Shown one piece after another: positions 44,159 to 53,611 of a DNA stretch of 64,000 nucleotides. This DNA is from an uncultured Azospirillum sp. (GTDB taxonomy: Bacteria > Pseudomonadota > Alphaproteobacteria > RF32 > CAG-239), in assembly GCA_900539605.1 (NCBI GenBank), contig UQCS01000003.1:7172-71171 (forward strand). The letters run 5' to 3'. The first letter of the stretch is position 1; every line of letters starts with the position of its first letter. Made by a program: the position numbers and the translations under genes. The notes under the pieces were generated by a model. That model worked only from the letters and a program-made list of their open reading frames with translations. It did no database searches and had not been told where the DNA came from.

Positions 44159-45070
44159 TCAAACGTTATAAATCAATCCCCAGTCCTGATAACGGGCCGG
44201 ATCTTCGCTCCAGTTTTCGCGCACTTTGATAAACAAAAAGAGATGAATTCGTTCTTCAAGCAGTTCTTCCAACTCCAACCGGGCCGTTTGTCCGATCTTT
44301 TTGATCATTTCGCCACCGCGACCGACAATAATTTTCTTTTGCCCTTCGCGTTCAACAAAAATCGTCATTTCGGCGCGGATCGAATTGTCAGAACGCCGTT
44401 CCCACAGTTCAGGTTCGACAGTGAGCGAATAAGGAAGTTCTTCCTGTAGATACAAAAAGAGTTTTTCCCGCACAATTTCCGCCGCCAGCAGACGAAGCGG
44501 CAAATCCGACATATGCTCTTCGGGATAGTACCAGGGCGATTCCGGCAGATGGTCGGCCAGATAACGATAGAAGTCATCGATATGTTCGCCTGTGGCCGCC
44601 GAAACCATAAACGTTTCGCTGAAATTGCCATAAGCATTCAACTCGGCAGCCAACGGCAACAACTTTTCTTTGGCAATCAGATCAATCTTATTCAGCAGCA
44701 AAACCGCGGTACGGTTTTGTTGATTCAGCTCGTCTATAATCGCGCGGGTCTCGTTATCAAAACCGCGTTTGGCATCTACGACCAACACGAGGATATCTCC
44801 GTCTGCGGCACCACTCCAGGCTGACGCAACCATTGAGCGGTCAAAACGGCGTTTCGGCTTGAAGATCCCCGGCGTATCAAGGAAAATAATCTGCGTATTG
44901 TCATAAATGCCGATTCCCTTGACCAAAGTCCGGGTGGTTTGTGCCTTAGGAGACACAATTGACACTTTCGAACCGACAAAATTGTTGGTAACGGTCGATT
45001 TTCCGGCATTCGGTGCCCCGATCAGACTGACAAATCCGCAACGGCTCGGCCGATCGTTATTTGTTTCCAT
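44159..45070 (-). CDS. era: GTPase Era
   Basis: It has GFVSLIGAPNAGKST (G1), DTPG (G3), NKID (G4) and a C-terminal KH domain (IIVGRGGEMIKKIG). The ATG at 45070 after GGAG is preferred over the long track ORF. Confidence 0.92.
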   Translation of the reverse strand: METNNDRPSRCGFVSLIGAPNAGKSTVTNNFVGSKVSIVSPKAQTTRTLVKGIGIYDNTQIIFLDTPGIFKPKRRFDRSMVASAWSGAADGDILVLVVDAKRGFDNETRAIIDELNQQNRTAVLLLNKIDLIAKEKLLPLAAELNAYGNFSETFMVSAATGEHIDDFYRYLADHLPESPWYYPEEHMSDLPLRLLAAEIVREKLFLYLQEELPYSLTVEPELWERRSDNSIRAEMTIFVEREGQKKIIVGRGGEMIKKIGQTARLELEELLEERIHLFLFIKVRENWSEDPARYQDWGLIYNV

Positions 45071-45746
45071 GTTCCACTCCCAGCAATGCCAGCATCTTCT
45101 CTGCCGCGTTTTGTTCCGCCATTTTTTTGTTCCGACCGCTGCCTGATTGCGGTTCAATGCCGTCTATTTCAACCTGCATATGAAAAACCGGATTATGTTC
45201 AACCCCTTCGCGGCCGACTTCCACATATCGCGGTGCAGACAGCCCTTTTTCATGAGCCGCTTCCTGAAGTTGCGTCTTGGCATCTTTGGGCGGTCGGGTA
45301 TGCGTATCCACCAACGATCGCCAGTGCTGCTGCACAAAATGAATTGCCGTTTCACAACCGCCGTCCAGATACAGGGCACCGATCACGGCCTCACAAACGT
45401 CACACAACACGTTGTCATTGTGGCGTACGTCAATGCTTTCCGCCATAATATAACGATCCAGCCCCAGCTTAAGCGCCATTTCGGCTACGGTTTCTTTGCA
45501 AACCAGTGCCATAAAACGCTGCGAAAGGTTTCCTTCCGGCTCGTCCGGAAAAACCTTATAAACCATCTCCGCAACCGAAACGCCAAGCACGCGGTCTCCC
45601 AAAAACTCCAAACGTTCGTAATTTTCTGACAATTTTCCGGTTTTGCTGGTATGTGTCAATGCCTGATGCAGCAAATGCGGATTTTTGAAATTGTAGTGCA
45701 GACTTGCTTCCAACTCTCTCATTTTTTTCTCCGGCCGTTTGGGCAC
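45057..45746 (-). CDS. rnc: Ribonuclease III
   Basis: 229 aa with the ERLEFLGDRVLG signature and a C-terminal dsRBD (GSGRNKKMAEQNAAEKML). Confidence 0.93.
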   Translation of the reverse strand: MPKRPEKKMRELEASLHYNFKNPHLLHQALTHTSKTGKLSENYERLEFLGDRVLGVSVAEMVYKVFPDEPEGNLSQRFMALVCKETVAEMALKLGLDRYIMAESIDVRHNDNVLCDVCEAVIGALYLDGGCETAIHFVQQHWRSLVDTHTRPPKDAKTQLQEAAHEKGLSAPRYVEVGREGVEHNPVFHMQVEIDGIEPQSGSGRNKKMAEQNAAEKMLALLGVEHGNK

Positions 45747-45749
45747 AAA

Positions 45750-46481
45750 TTAATTGATTTTGCTAAACAGGCGACGCCATCTGATCTTTTTGGCCCAGGT
45801 CCAGGGCTTATACCAGGCGCCTTCGTTAGGATCATAAGAAAAGAAAAGAAAGCGTGCTTTGCCGACCAGATTTTCCACCGGAACAAAACCGACGTTTACC
45901 CGGCTGTCATCCGAACGGTCACGGTTATCGCCCATCACAAAGAAATTACCGTCCGGTACCGTCACTTCGGGAAAATTGTCTTCGCGCTCGCTGTCAGAAA
46001 TCTCTAAAATAGTATGTTTTACGCCGTTGGGCAGCGTTTCTTCATATTGATGATATCGTTCGGCATGCCCGAAAGGATTGCGCAAAACAAAATTTTCGCC
46101 TTCCACCCGTTCCAGCATTTTACCGTTTACATACAACCGGCCATCCTCCAGTTTGATTTTATCTCCCGGCAAGCCGATAATTCTTTTAATAAAATCGGTA
46201 CGGTTGTCTTTCGGAAACTTAAACACCACTACATCTCCCTGCCGCGGTTCTTCACTCCAAATCCGCCCTTCAAACAACGGCAGACTGAAAGGAAAGGAAT
46301 GTTTGGAATAACCGTAGGTGTATTTGGAAACAAACAAAAAATCGCCCACATACAAATTGGGATACATAGACCCCGACGGTATTTTGAACGGCTCAAACAA
46401 AAAACTGCGGATTAAAATAGCAATAACAATTGCATAAATAATCGTCTTAATCGTTTCCGACATATTTTCTTCTTTTTCCAT
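45750..46481 (-). CDS. lepB: Signal peptidase I
   Basis: It has IPSGSMYPNL (catalytic Ser), RGDVVVF, KRIIGLPGD and GDNRDRSDDSR. The ATG at 46481, preceded by AGGAGAAAGAGGAA, is preferred over the upstream TTG at 46541. Confidence 0.88.
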   Translation of the reverse strand: MEKEENMSETIKTIIYAIVIAILIRSFLFEPFKIPSGSMYPNLYVGDFLFVSKYTYGYSKHSFPFSLPLFEGRIWSEEPRQGDVVVFKFPKDNRTDFIKRIIGLPGDKIKLEDGRLYVNGKMLERVEGENFVLRNPFGHAERYHQYEETLPNGVKHTILEISDSEREDNFPEVTVPDGNFFVMGDNRDRSDDSRVNVGFVPVENLVGKARFLFFSYDPNEGAWYKPWTWAKKIRWRRLFSKIN

Positions 46482-46544
46482 AATTCCTCTTTCTCCTGCG
46501 TTTTTTGACATACTAATCTTTATTTTTATTTTATCAACCAAAAG

Positions 46545-46940
46545 CTAACAACTTTCAATCACCACCACGGCCTGAGCCAGCGGATAATCGTCGCTGAGAC
46601 TCACCCACAAACGGGATGCAGGAATAATTTTTTTCAAAATTTCTTCAGCCTTCCCCGAAATATGAAACATCGGCCGCCCGCTTGCATGATGAACTATTTC
46701 GATCTCCGACCACGCTACGCCGTGAGCAAAACCGGTTCCCATCGCCTTTACAAATCCTTCTTTGGCGGCAAAGCGTTTGGCCAGCGATGCAGCAAAGCGC
46801 TGCGGCCGGTCGCGCAAAAGCTCAAGCTCCTGCTGCTCCTGCTTGCCGAAACACCGTTGCAAAAAACGTTCGCCGAACTTTGCATATGCCTGTTCAATCC
46901 GTTCAATATTACAAATGTCGCTGCCCAACCCGATAATCAT
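46545..46940 (-). CDS. acpS: Holo-[acyl-carrier-protein] synthase
   Basis: It starts MIIGLGSDICNIERI, with FAAKEGFVKAMGTG and ISLSDDYPLAQAVVVIE. The track ORF's 24-codon N-terminal extension is rejected. Confidence 0.85.
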   Translation of the reverse strand: MIIGLGSDICNIERIEQAYAKFGERFLQRCFGKQEQQELELLRDRPQRFAASLAKRFAAKEGFVKAMGTGFAHGVAWSEIEIVHHASGRPMFHISGKAEEILKKIIPASRLWVSLSDDYPLAQAVVVIESC

Positions 46941-46941
46941 T

Positions 46942-47508
46942 CTACACCTTATTGATACTTTTTTTATTGCGCTTGGCCCGGTTAATTCCCTCCAGCGCTT
47001 TCTTAAACACATAATAGGTTACAATCCAGGCAACAATATAATAGGGAACGCATCCGATCATCATCGGAAAAATGATCGGCCACACGTCACCGGCAAACGC
47101 CGAAAAATCAAAAGTCATCAAGGCGTGCATAGCTTTTTCAAAAATACTTACGAATTCAACTTTTCCGGTTTCGTGCTCGCCCAAAAACCACCGGCCAGTA
47201 TAGAGCGTCGCAACCCAGATAAACGGAAATGTCCACGGATTACCCGCCGCCGTTCCCAGTGCGCTGGCCAAAATATTGCCGCGTACGATCCAGGCAGTAA
47301 TCGCCGCCAGAACAAAATGAAAACCGACAAACGGCGTAAAAGAAATCGCAACACCGCAGGCAACCCCGGCAGCAATAGAACGCGGCGTTCCGCCCAACCG
47401 GCTGAGTTTTGCCACGATATATTGTCCATAGCGTCTCCAGCCCAACTTCGGCCAAAACCAGCCCTTCAGTTTTTGTTTCCAATTTAACGGTTTTTTGCGA
47501 CTAAACAA
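46942..47508 (-). CDS. DUF2062 family membrane protein
   Basis: 188 aa with TPRSIAAGVACGVAISFTPFVGFHFVLAAI and GNPWTFPFIW, the typical DUF2062 blocks. Confidence 0.75.
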   Translation of the reverse strand: MFSRKKPLNWKQKLKGWFWPKLGWRRYGQYIVAKLSRLGGTPRSIAAGVACGVAISFTPFVGFHFVLAAITAWIVRGNILASALGTAAGNPWTFPFIWVATLYTGRWFLGEHETGKVEFVSIFEKAMHALMTFDFSAFAGDVWPIIFPMMIGCVPYYIVAWIVTYYVFKKALEGINRAKRNKKSINKV

Positions 47509-47524
47509 ACTTTATCTCCTTCTG

Positions 47525-49663
47525 TCAGGCCGACCTTGCCACATAACTTACAACTTTTGACGATTTCAAATCTGCAATCACCGAATTCAGATGATCCAGA
47601 TTTTTAATTTCCACATCGACAATAATTTCAAAGTAACTGACGGTACGATAAACAATGTTCAGGTTGGAAATGTTGGCATTATTACGCGCCATCAGGTTGG
47701 AGATTTCACCCAAACTCCCCGGTTCGTTGCTCAAAATCAGTTTCAGGCGTCCGGTATGAGTCTGGTTTTCGGCTCCCTCGCCCCAGGCAATGTCAAGCCA
47801 GCGTTCCGGTTCATTGGCAAAACGCTCCAGCGATTTGCAATTGACCGTATGCACGGCTACACCTTTACCGGTGGTTACAATTCCGACAATCCGGTCACCG
47901 GGCAGCGGATGACAGCAACCGGCAAAATGCATTGCCATTCCCGGAATCAGACCTTCAATCTTCAGCGGTTCGGTGTTTTTCTTTTTGATTTTCTGAAAAC
48001 TCGGAACTTTGATCGCTTTGACCACCTTTTCTAGCTTGGACTGCTTATAAGCCGGATAAACCGCTTTCATTACGTCCCAGCCGCTGACCAGCCCTTCACC
48101 GACCTTGGCATAGATGTCATTGACCGATTCCGCCTCAAAATTCGGCATAACCGCCGTTAAACTTTTTTCCGAAAACTCCAGCCCCTCGTTCTTAAACATT
48201 TTTTCCAGAATTTCCTGACCCAGCACAATAAACTGGTCACGTTTGGAAGAACGCACATAACGACGAATCGCCGCTTTGGCCTTTCCGGTAACCACAAAAC
48301 GTTCCCATTCCGTGGACGGATGCTGCGCTTTTGAAGTGAGAATCTCCACCTGATCACCGTTTTGCAAAACCGTCCGCAACGGTTTGATCTCACCGTTGAT
48401 CTTGGCACCGACGCAGGTATCGCCGACCGAAGAGTGGACCGCATAAGCAAAATCCACCGGAGTCGAATTAATCGGCAACCCGATCAAATCGCCTTTCGGA
48501 GTAAAACAAAACACCTGATCGTTATACATTTCGAGCTTGGTATTTTCCAAAAATTCTTCCGGATTGGAGGCGCGTTCCAAAATCTCCAGCAGCTCTCTGA
48601 TCCAGCGGAAGTTTTTGCCTTCTGCCTTTTGGCCCTGTTTGTAAGCCCAGTGGGCGGCAATTCCCTTTTCGGCAATCTCATGCATTTCATAAGTGCGGAT
48701 CTGAACTTCAATGCGGGTGTTGGCCGGTCCGATTACACCGGTATGAATCGATTGATAGCCGTTTGGTTTGGGGGTCGAAATATAGTCCTTAAAGCGCCGC
48801 GGCACCATATGATATTTGCTGTGAATGATTCCCAGTGCCTGATAACAGGTGGCAATATCGTCAACGCAAATGCGAAAAGCCATGATGTCGGACAGCTGTT
48901 CAAACGAGGCATTTTTCTGCTGCATTTTACGCCAAATCGAATATGGTGTTTTTTCGCGACCGGTCACCTGACAAACAACACCGTTTTCGGCCATGTCTTT
49001 TTTGAGGCTTTCAATAATTTTCGGCACCAGATTGCTGCCCTGCTCACGCAGAAAATTCAAACGGGCGATAATCGAATCATGAGCTTCTTTGTAAAGTTCG
49101 CAAAACGCCAGCTCTTCCAACTCGCTTTTAACTTCCTGCATGCCGATACGTTCGGCCAGCGGCGCATAGATATCCAGCGTTTCGCGGGCAATCCGGGTTC
49201 TTTTTTCCGGCGCCAGAAAATGCAGTGTGCGCATATTATGCAACCGGTCGGCCAGCTTTATGAGCAATACCCGGATATCTTCCGACATTGCCAGCAGCAA
49301 TTTACGAAAATTCTCCGCCTGTTTGGTATAGGTCGATTTTTGCTCAATCATCGCCAACTTGGTCAGACCGTCCACCAGCGAGGCAACCTGATCGCCAAAC
49401 AACTGGCGCACTTCTTCAACCGTGGTATCGGTGTCTTCGACCGTGTCATGCAGCAACCCCGCAATAACAGAGGAACAATCCAACTTAAACTTGGTCAGAA
49501 TACCGGCCACTTCGACCGGATGGGAATAATACGGGTCGCCGGATGCCCGAAGCTGCGCCCCGTGTTTTTTCATTGCAAAAACATAAGCACGGTTCAGCGC
49601 GTCTTCATCGGCATCCGGATCATAAGATTTCACCAAATCGACTAATTCATATTGTCTTAACAT
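47525..49663 (-). CDS. spoT: Bifunctional (p)ppGpp synthetase/hydrolase (RSH, SpoT/Rel)
   Basis: 712 aa with HD-domain HDTVEDT, a synthetase core (YSIWRKM, GYQSIHT), a TGS domain and a C-terminal ACT domain. Confidence 0.93.
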   Translation of the reverse strand: MLRQYELVDLVKSYDPDADEDALNRAYVFAMKKHGAQLRASGDPYYSHPVEVAGILTKFKLDCSSVIAGLLHDTVEDTDTTVEEVRQLFGDQVASLVDGLTKLAMIEQKSTYTKQAENFRKLLLAMSEDIRVLLIKLADRLHNMRTLHFLAPEKRTRIARETLDIYAPLAERIGMQEVKSELEELAFCELYKEAHDSIIARLNFLREQGSNLVPKIIESLKKDMAENGVVCQVTGREKTPYSIWRKMQQKNASFEQLSDIMAFRICVDDIATCYQALGIIHSKYHMVPRRFKDYISTPKPNGYQSIHTGVIGPANTRIEVQIRTYEMHEIAEKGIAAHWAYKQGQKAEGKNFRWIRELLEILERASNPEEFLENTKLEMYNDQVFCFTPKGDLIGLPINSTPVDFAYAVHSSVGDTCVGAKINGEIKPLRTVLQNGDQVEILTSKAQHPSTEWERFVVTGKAKAAIRRYVRSSKRDQFIVLGQEILEKMFKNEGLEFSEKSLTAVMPNFEAESVNDIYAKVGEGLVSGWDVMKAVYPAYKQSKLEKVVKAIKVPSFQKIKKKNTEPLKIEGLIPGMAMHFAGCCHPLPGDRIVGIVTTGKGVAVHTVNCKSLERFANEPERWLDIAWGEGAENQTHTGRLKLILSNEPGSLGEISNLMARNNANISNLNIVYRTVSYFEIIVDVEIKNLDHLNSVIADLKSSKVVSYVARSA

Positions 49664-49687
49664 CGGCCCGTATATTCCAACTCGTGA

Positions 49688-50185
49688 CTATTCGTCAAAT
49701 TCATCCAAATTGTCATCACCGATTTCGGCGGCATCGTCAAAACCGAGATCTTCGTCTTCACCGTCCAGATCAACGTCCAGATCGGCATCAACGGCATCGT
49801 CGCTGTCCAGATCCAAATTATCGTCATCCACGCCGTGAACCTGCATTGCATCAGACATCTCATTGTCCAGCAACAGTCCCGAGAACTGTTCGTCCAGTTC
49901 GGAAAGTTCTTTTTCCGCCGCCAGAATTTCCATTTCTTCTTCTTCCGGTTCTTCAACTTCAACATATTTCTGCAGTCCCATCACCAAAGATTTTTGCAAA
50001 TCTTCGATATTGACCTTTTCTTCGGCGATTTCACGCAGAGCGATCACTGGGTTTTTGTCATTATCGCGCGAAACCGTGATCGGCGAGCCGGCCGATATAT
50101 CCTTGGCACGCTGGGTTGCGACCATCAGCAGTTCATAACGGTTGGGAATTTTATCAATGCAGTCTTCGACTGTTACTCTTGCCAT
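49688..50185 (-). CDS. rpoZ: RNA polymerase omega subunit with a long acidic C-terminal extension
   Basis: The N-terminal [30 protein letters not shown] is canonical RpoZ. The last ~85 residues are extremely D/E-rich. Confidence 0.88.
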   Translation of the reverse strand: MARVTVEDCIDKIPNRYELLMVATQRAKDISAGSPITVSRDNDKNPVIALREIAEEKVNIEDLQKSLVMGLQKYVEVEEPEEEEMEILAAEKELSELDEQFSGLLLDNEMSDAMQVHGVDDDNLDLDSDDAVDADLDVDLDGEDEDLGFDDAAEIGDDNLDEFDE

Positions 50186-50302
50186 TTTTTTTACCTTCGT
50201 AGTTAATTAAAACAAAATTTTGTCCGAACTATAGCCTTTTTACCGTCCCATTGCAATAAAAATCTGTTTTGCAGCATTTTAACCAGTTGTTTTAGAACAA
50301 TA

Positions 50303-51544
50303 TTATTTTAAAAATATCGGTTGAAAGACGATTCGGTATTTTATCTTCTCGAAAGCATTTTTGACGGCCTGGTGGTTCTTTTTAACTTCCAGAACGTCAT
50401 TCAGCGGCGCTTTGTACATTTCCACCATGCTTTGCATTGTCACGGCCACGCTCGGCGCAATTTTTTCAGGATAAGCGCTGAGCTGGTTTTGGTAGACATT
50501 TCTCTTATATAAAAGCAGCGTCATCAGTTCCGGGGTTGACATTCTCAAAACCCGGTAGGCCTTAATCGTTTTGTCACAGGTATAGGCCCATTCTTCCATA
50601 TTAAAACCTTCTCCGGCGATAATTTCACTGAATTCGTGTTCCATCCCCTGCATCCTGATTTTTTGCACCAGCCGCTGGCACGGATTGACCAGGTCCTTAA
50701 TGTTAGGCAGAATCGCACCGGTTCCTTTCGAATTCTCCCACGTATCCAGCAACGCACCGGCTTCAATGATTTTGGCCTTGTTGTTGATATTCTCTCCATA
50801 ATCCGCCAACGCTTCCAAGCTGCGGGCCACCGCCTGAACGTCCTTTCCGGTCAGCGGCGATGTTGCATCGGGCGAAATAGTCCGTAACCGGCTTTGCAGC
50901 GGTTCCTGCGGCGTCGCCCCCGGCGCATAATCTTCCGGCGGTACCGTCTCCATCACTTTTTTGATAAATTTGGTATCATAACGGTTGGTTTGCGGCAACC
51001 GTTGAAATTTCATTTTTTCACGGTTGACGTCATTGTCTTTCCATAATTCCGGCATCAACACAAAATACAATGCCGGCGACATAAATTCAAGATTTTCGAT
51101 GTCGGCCAGCTGAGGGGCAATACGTTTCGGAAACTGGTTTTTCGTTTCCTTGATCCCCGGAAGGTTGAGAACTTTTTCCGAAATACCCGGAATGGTATGC
51201 AAATAGGGACCAATATACGGATAATACTCTTTCGGCGTGTTTTTGAGCTGCTCCAGCATTGTTTCCTCACCGGGCCATTTCAACCGGGTTTGGCGGGTTC
51301 CGTAACTACGGATCGTCTGAGCAAACCCCTTGTCAAATATTTTGCCAATATTCCAAAAATAATCAAATTTGCGGTCATAAACCGGTTTTGGGGCAAACAT
51401 TCGCCGCAATTCCTCCAATGGCGGAATATCTTCTTTCATATCGACTTCAAACCGTGCGGCATAATCTGCCGGCGTCACCGCTTCCGCGGCCGCGCTCCCG
51501 AAAACAACGGTCGTCAGGACCAAACAGGCATATATAAATCTCAT
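50303..51544 (-). CDS. Secreted hypothetical protein
   Basis: 413 aa from the ATG at 51544, with signal peptide MRFIYACLVLTTVVFGSAAAEA. No family recognised. Confidence 0.55.
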   Translation of the reverse strand: MRFIYACLVLTTVVFGSAAAEAVTPADYAARFEVDMKEDIPPLEELRRMFAPKPVYDRKFDYFWNIGKIFDKGFAQTIRSYGTRQTRLKWPGEETMLEQLKNTPKEYYPYIGPYLHTIPGISEKVLNLPGIKETKNQFPKRIAPQLADIENLEFMSPALYFVLMPELWKDNDVNREKMKFQRLPQTNRYDTKFIKKVMETVPPEDYAPGATPQEPLQSRLRTISPDATSPLTGKDVQAVARSLEALADYGENINNKAKIIEAGALLDTWENSKGTGAILPNIKDLVNPCQRLVQKIRMQGMEHEFSEIIAGEGFNMEEWAYTCDKTIKAYRVLRMSTPELMTLLLYKRNVYQNQLSAYPEKIAPSVAVTMQSMVEMYKAPLNDVLEVKKNHQAVKNAFEKIKYRIVFQPIFLK

Positions 51545-51689
51545 GGTATCTTCCGTATTTTTCAATTCTCATAAATTATACACCAATATTTCCATTAATA
51601 AAGAACTTCTGACAAAGAAAATGCTAGACTCGTCAAAAATATTGATTTACTATTCCTTCGTACGTTAACTTTTTAAGGGAGATGCGGCT

Positions 51690-52178
51690 ATGGCCTGGAC
51701 AGACAAAATGGTTGAAGACCTCAAAATCATGTGGAAACAGGGGTTGACTACCGGAGAAATCGGTAAACGTCTCGGTGTTTCCAAAAACTCCATCGTCGGC
51801 AAAGTTCACCGGTTGCAGCTGGACGCACGCCCCTCTCCGATCCGCAAAAAAGACGAAGAAACGTCTGAAGCTACGGTTGAAAACAACACCGAAAAAACAC
51901 CGGCCGCCAAACTTAAAGCAGAGCGAAAATCTTCTCGCGACGAAGGAAAGACCGACGTGGTAGCAACGCCTGCCAATACGGGCTTTCGCCCTACTCCGAC
52001 CAAAAATGCCGCTTCGAATGACGTTAAACTAACCGATCTTGACAATCACACCTGCCGTTGGCCGATCGGCGATCCCAAAGACGAAAACTTTCGTTTTTGC
52101 GGCCGCAAAGTAAGAGTCGGGCAGACTTATTGCGAAGAACACGCCGCACTGGCTTATGTAAAGCCCAACAAAAAATAA
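51690..52178 (+). CDS. gcrA: Cell-cycle transcriptional regulator GcrA
   Basis: It has MAWTDKMVEDLKIMWKQGLTTGEIGKRLGVSKNSIVGKVHRL and C-terminal CRWPIGDP...FCG......YCEEHA. Confidence 0.88.
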   Translation: MAWTDKMVEDLKIMWKQGLTTGEIGKRLGVSKNSIVGKVHRLQLDARPSPIRKKDEETSEATVENNTEKTPAAKLKAERKSSRDEGKTDVVATPANTGFRPTPTKNAASNDVKLTDLDNHTCRWPIGDPKDENFRFCGRKVRVGQTYCEEHAALAYVKPNKK

Positions 52179-52194
52179 AATTGTCTGTTTTTGC

Positions 52195-52223
52195 AAGTCC
52201 TGCCGCAACGCAGGACTTTTTTT
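52195..52223 (+). terminator. Rho-independent terminator after gcrA
   Basis: AAGTCCTG, 8-nt loop, CAGGACTT, then T7. Confidence 0.7.
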
Positions 52224-52316
52224 GTCTTTATGTTTTTAGTCAAAATGATTTTTGTTGACTTTAGACAAAAAACGGAGCATGATATAGATCATAAAATAAC
52301 TTTTAATATAATCATT

Positions 52317-52613
52317 ATGCCTTACTTAATCGTATTCTTCTTTCTGGTCATTGCCATTGTTGCCGTGATCGTGATCGTTACCCGCTCCAGCAGTCGGAAC
52401 CAGTACAGCGCCGAAGTCGACACCATTCTCGAAATGATGGGAGACCTGGCCGACAACGTTTCCAAAGACAAGCTGAAAAAACTGCAGATCCAGTTCTGTG
52501 ACCAGCAAAAGCTGAGCAGAGGAAACAAAGAAGACACATCGGATTACAAAGTCGGAAAAATGAGGGCCTACAACCGGGTTCTTGACCTGCTCAGCAGGAA
52601 AGTCTCCGATTAA
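52317..52613 (+). CDS. Small single-TM hypothetical protein (98 aa)
   Basis: It starts MPYLIVFFFLVIAIVAVIVIVT, followed by a charged soluble tail. A TATAAT lies 5 nt before the ATG and there is no SD, so the mRNA may be leaderless. A strong terminator follows. The track ORF start at 52191 lies inside the gcrA terminator and is rejected. Confidence 0.45.
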   Translation: MPYLIVFFFLVIAIVAVIVIVTRSSSRNQYSAEVDTILEMMGDLADNVSKDKLKKLQIQFCDQQKLSRGNKEDTSDYKVGKMRAYNRVLDLLSRKVSD

Positions 52614-52635
52614 CGGCCTGAGTTCCGCAACTTTG

Positions 52636-52666
52636 AAAAAGAGTGCCCAACGGCACTCTTTTTTTA
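52636..52666 (+). terminator. Rho-independent terminator
   Basis: AAAAAGAGTGCC CAAC GGCACTCTTTTT. Confidence 0.7.
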
Positions 52667-52799
52667 TGTCAGCATAAATCTGTCTTTGGCGGCAAAAGAA
52701 ACTGAAATATATGGTAAACTTTTGTGTTTTTACTTTACAAGCATATCTTTGTAAGTTACCACTAATAACATTAACCATAAAACTTAAGGATCTAAACCC

Positions 52800-53600
52800 A
52801 TGACCAACATTCACCCTACCGCCGTCATTGAAGACGGTGCCCAAATTGCCTCCAGCGCCAAAATCGGACCTTTTTGCGTTATCAGTTCCAAAGCAAAAAT
52901 CATGGAAAACGTACAATTGATTTCTAACGTCACGGTTATGAACGATACCACTATCGGCGAAGGCACAATCGTATTTCCGGGTGCGGTTCTCGGCGGCGGC
53001 CCGCAGGACCACGGCAATGAGTTTCAGCCTGAAGCCAAATTGATTATCGGCAAAAACAACATCATCCGCGAAAATGTCACCATGCAATGCGGCACGCCCA
53101 AAGAACATTTTACCACCACCGTCGGCGATAACGGCATGTTTATGGTTAACTGCCACGTCGCTCATGACTGTGTGGTCGGCAACAACGTCATTATGACCAA
53201 CAACGCTGTCATCGGCGGACATGTACGGGTCGGCGACGGCGCCATTTTGGGCGGCAACTCAGCCGTACACCAATTTTGCCGCATCGGCCGCAAGGCTATG
53301 ATCGGCGGTTTGTCCGGCGTTGACCGTGACGTTATTCCGTTCGGCATTGTTACCGGCGAACGCGGAAAACTGCGCGGGTTGAACGTTATCGGTCTTAAAC
53401 GCAGCGGTTTCGAAGAAGCAACCGTTAAAAGCATTACCCGTGCTTTCATGTTTATTTTCAAAGGCAAAAACGACACTTTTGTCGAGCGTCTGGCCGAAGC
53501 GCACGAAAAATATAAAGATGACGCCATGATCATGGAAATGATTGCCTTTATCGACGAAGCGCTCAAAGGCCGCCGCAATATTATGACGGCCGAAATGTAA
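52800..53600 (+). CDS. lpxA: Acyl-ACP--UDP-N-acetylglucosamine O-acyltransferase
   Basis: 266 aa starting MTNIHPTAVIEDGAQI, with hexapeptide repeats, NCHVAHDC and a helical C-terminal domain. Confidence 0.92.
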   Translation: MTNIHPTAVIEDGAQIASSAKIGPFCVISSKAKIMENVQLISNVTVMNDTTIGEGTIVFPGAVLGGGPQDHGNEFQPEAKLIIGKNNIIRENVTMQCGTPKEHFTTTVGDNGMFMVNCHVAHDCVVGNNVIMTNNAVIGGHVRVGDGAILGGNSAVHQFCRIGRKAMIGGLSGVDRDVIPFGIVTGERGKLRGLNVIGLKRSGFEEATVKSITRAFMFIFKGKNDTFVERLAEAHEKYKDDAMIMEMIAFIDEALKGRRNIMTAEM

Positions 53601-53611
53601 CAGGAGCCCCG

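Noticed and set aside
44159-45157. Long N-terminal extensions in the track ORFs for era (29 aa), acpS (24 aa, to 47012), lpxB (26 aa, from 54369), lepB and tatD
   Set aside because: The extensions overlap the upstream genes, are not conserved-looking, and bypass internal starts with good RBSs that give canonical N-termini.
46762-47487. 241-aa plus-strand ORF rich in Arg/Ser/Pro
   Set aside because: It is antisense to the DUF2062 membrane protein and acpS, with the biased composition typical of a shadow frame.
48362-49645. 427-aa plus-strand ORF
   Set aside because: It is antisense to spoT/rsh.
52326-53222. 298-aa minus-strand ORF
   Set aside because: It is antisense to lpxA and spans a terminator and an intergenic region. 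The lpxA hexapeptide repeats explain the open antisense frame.
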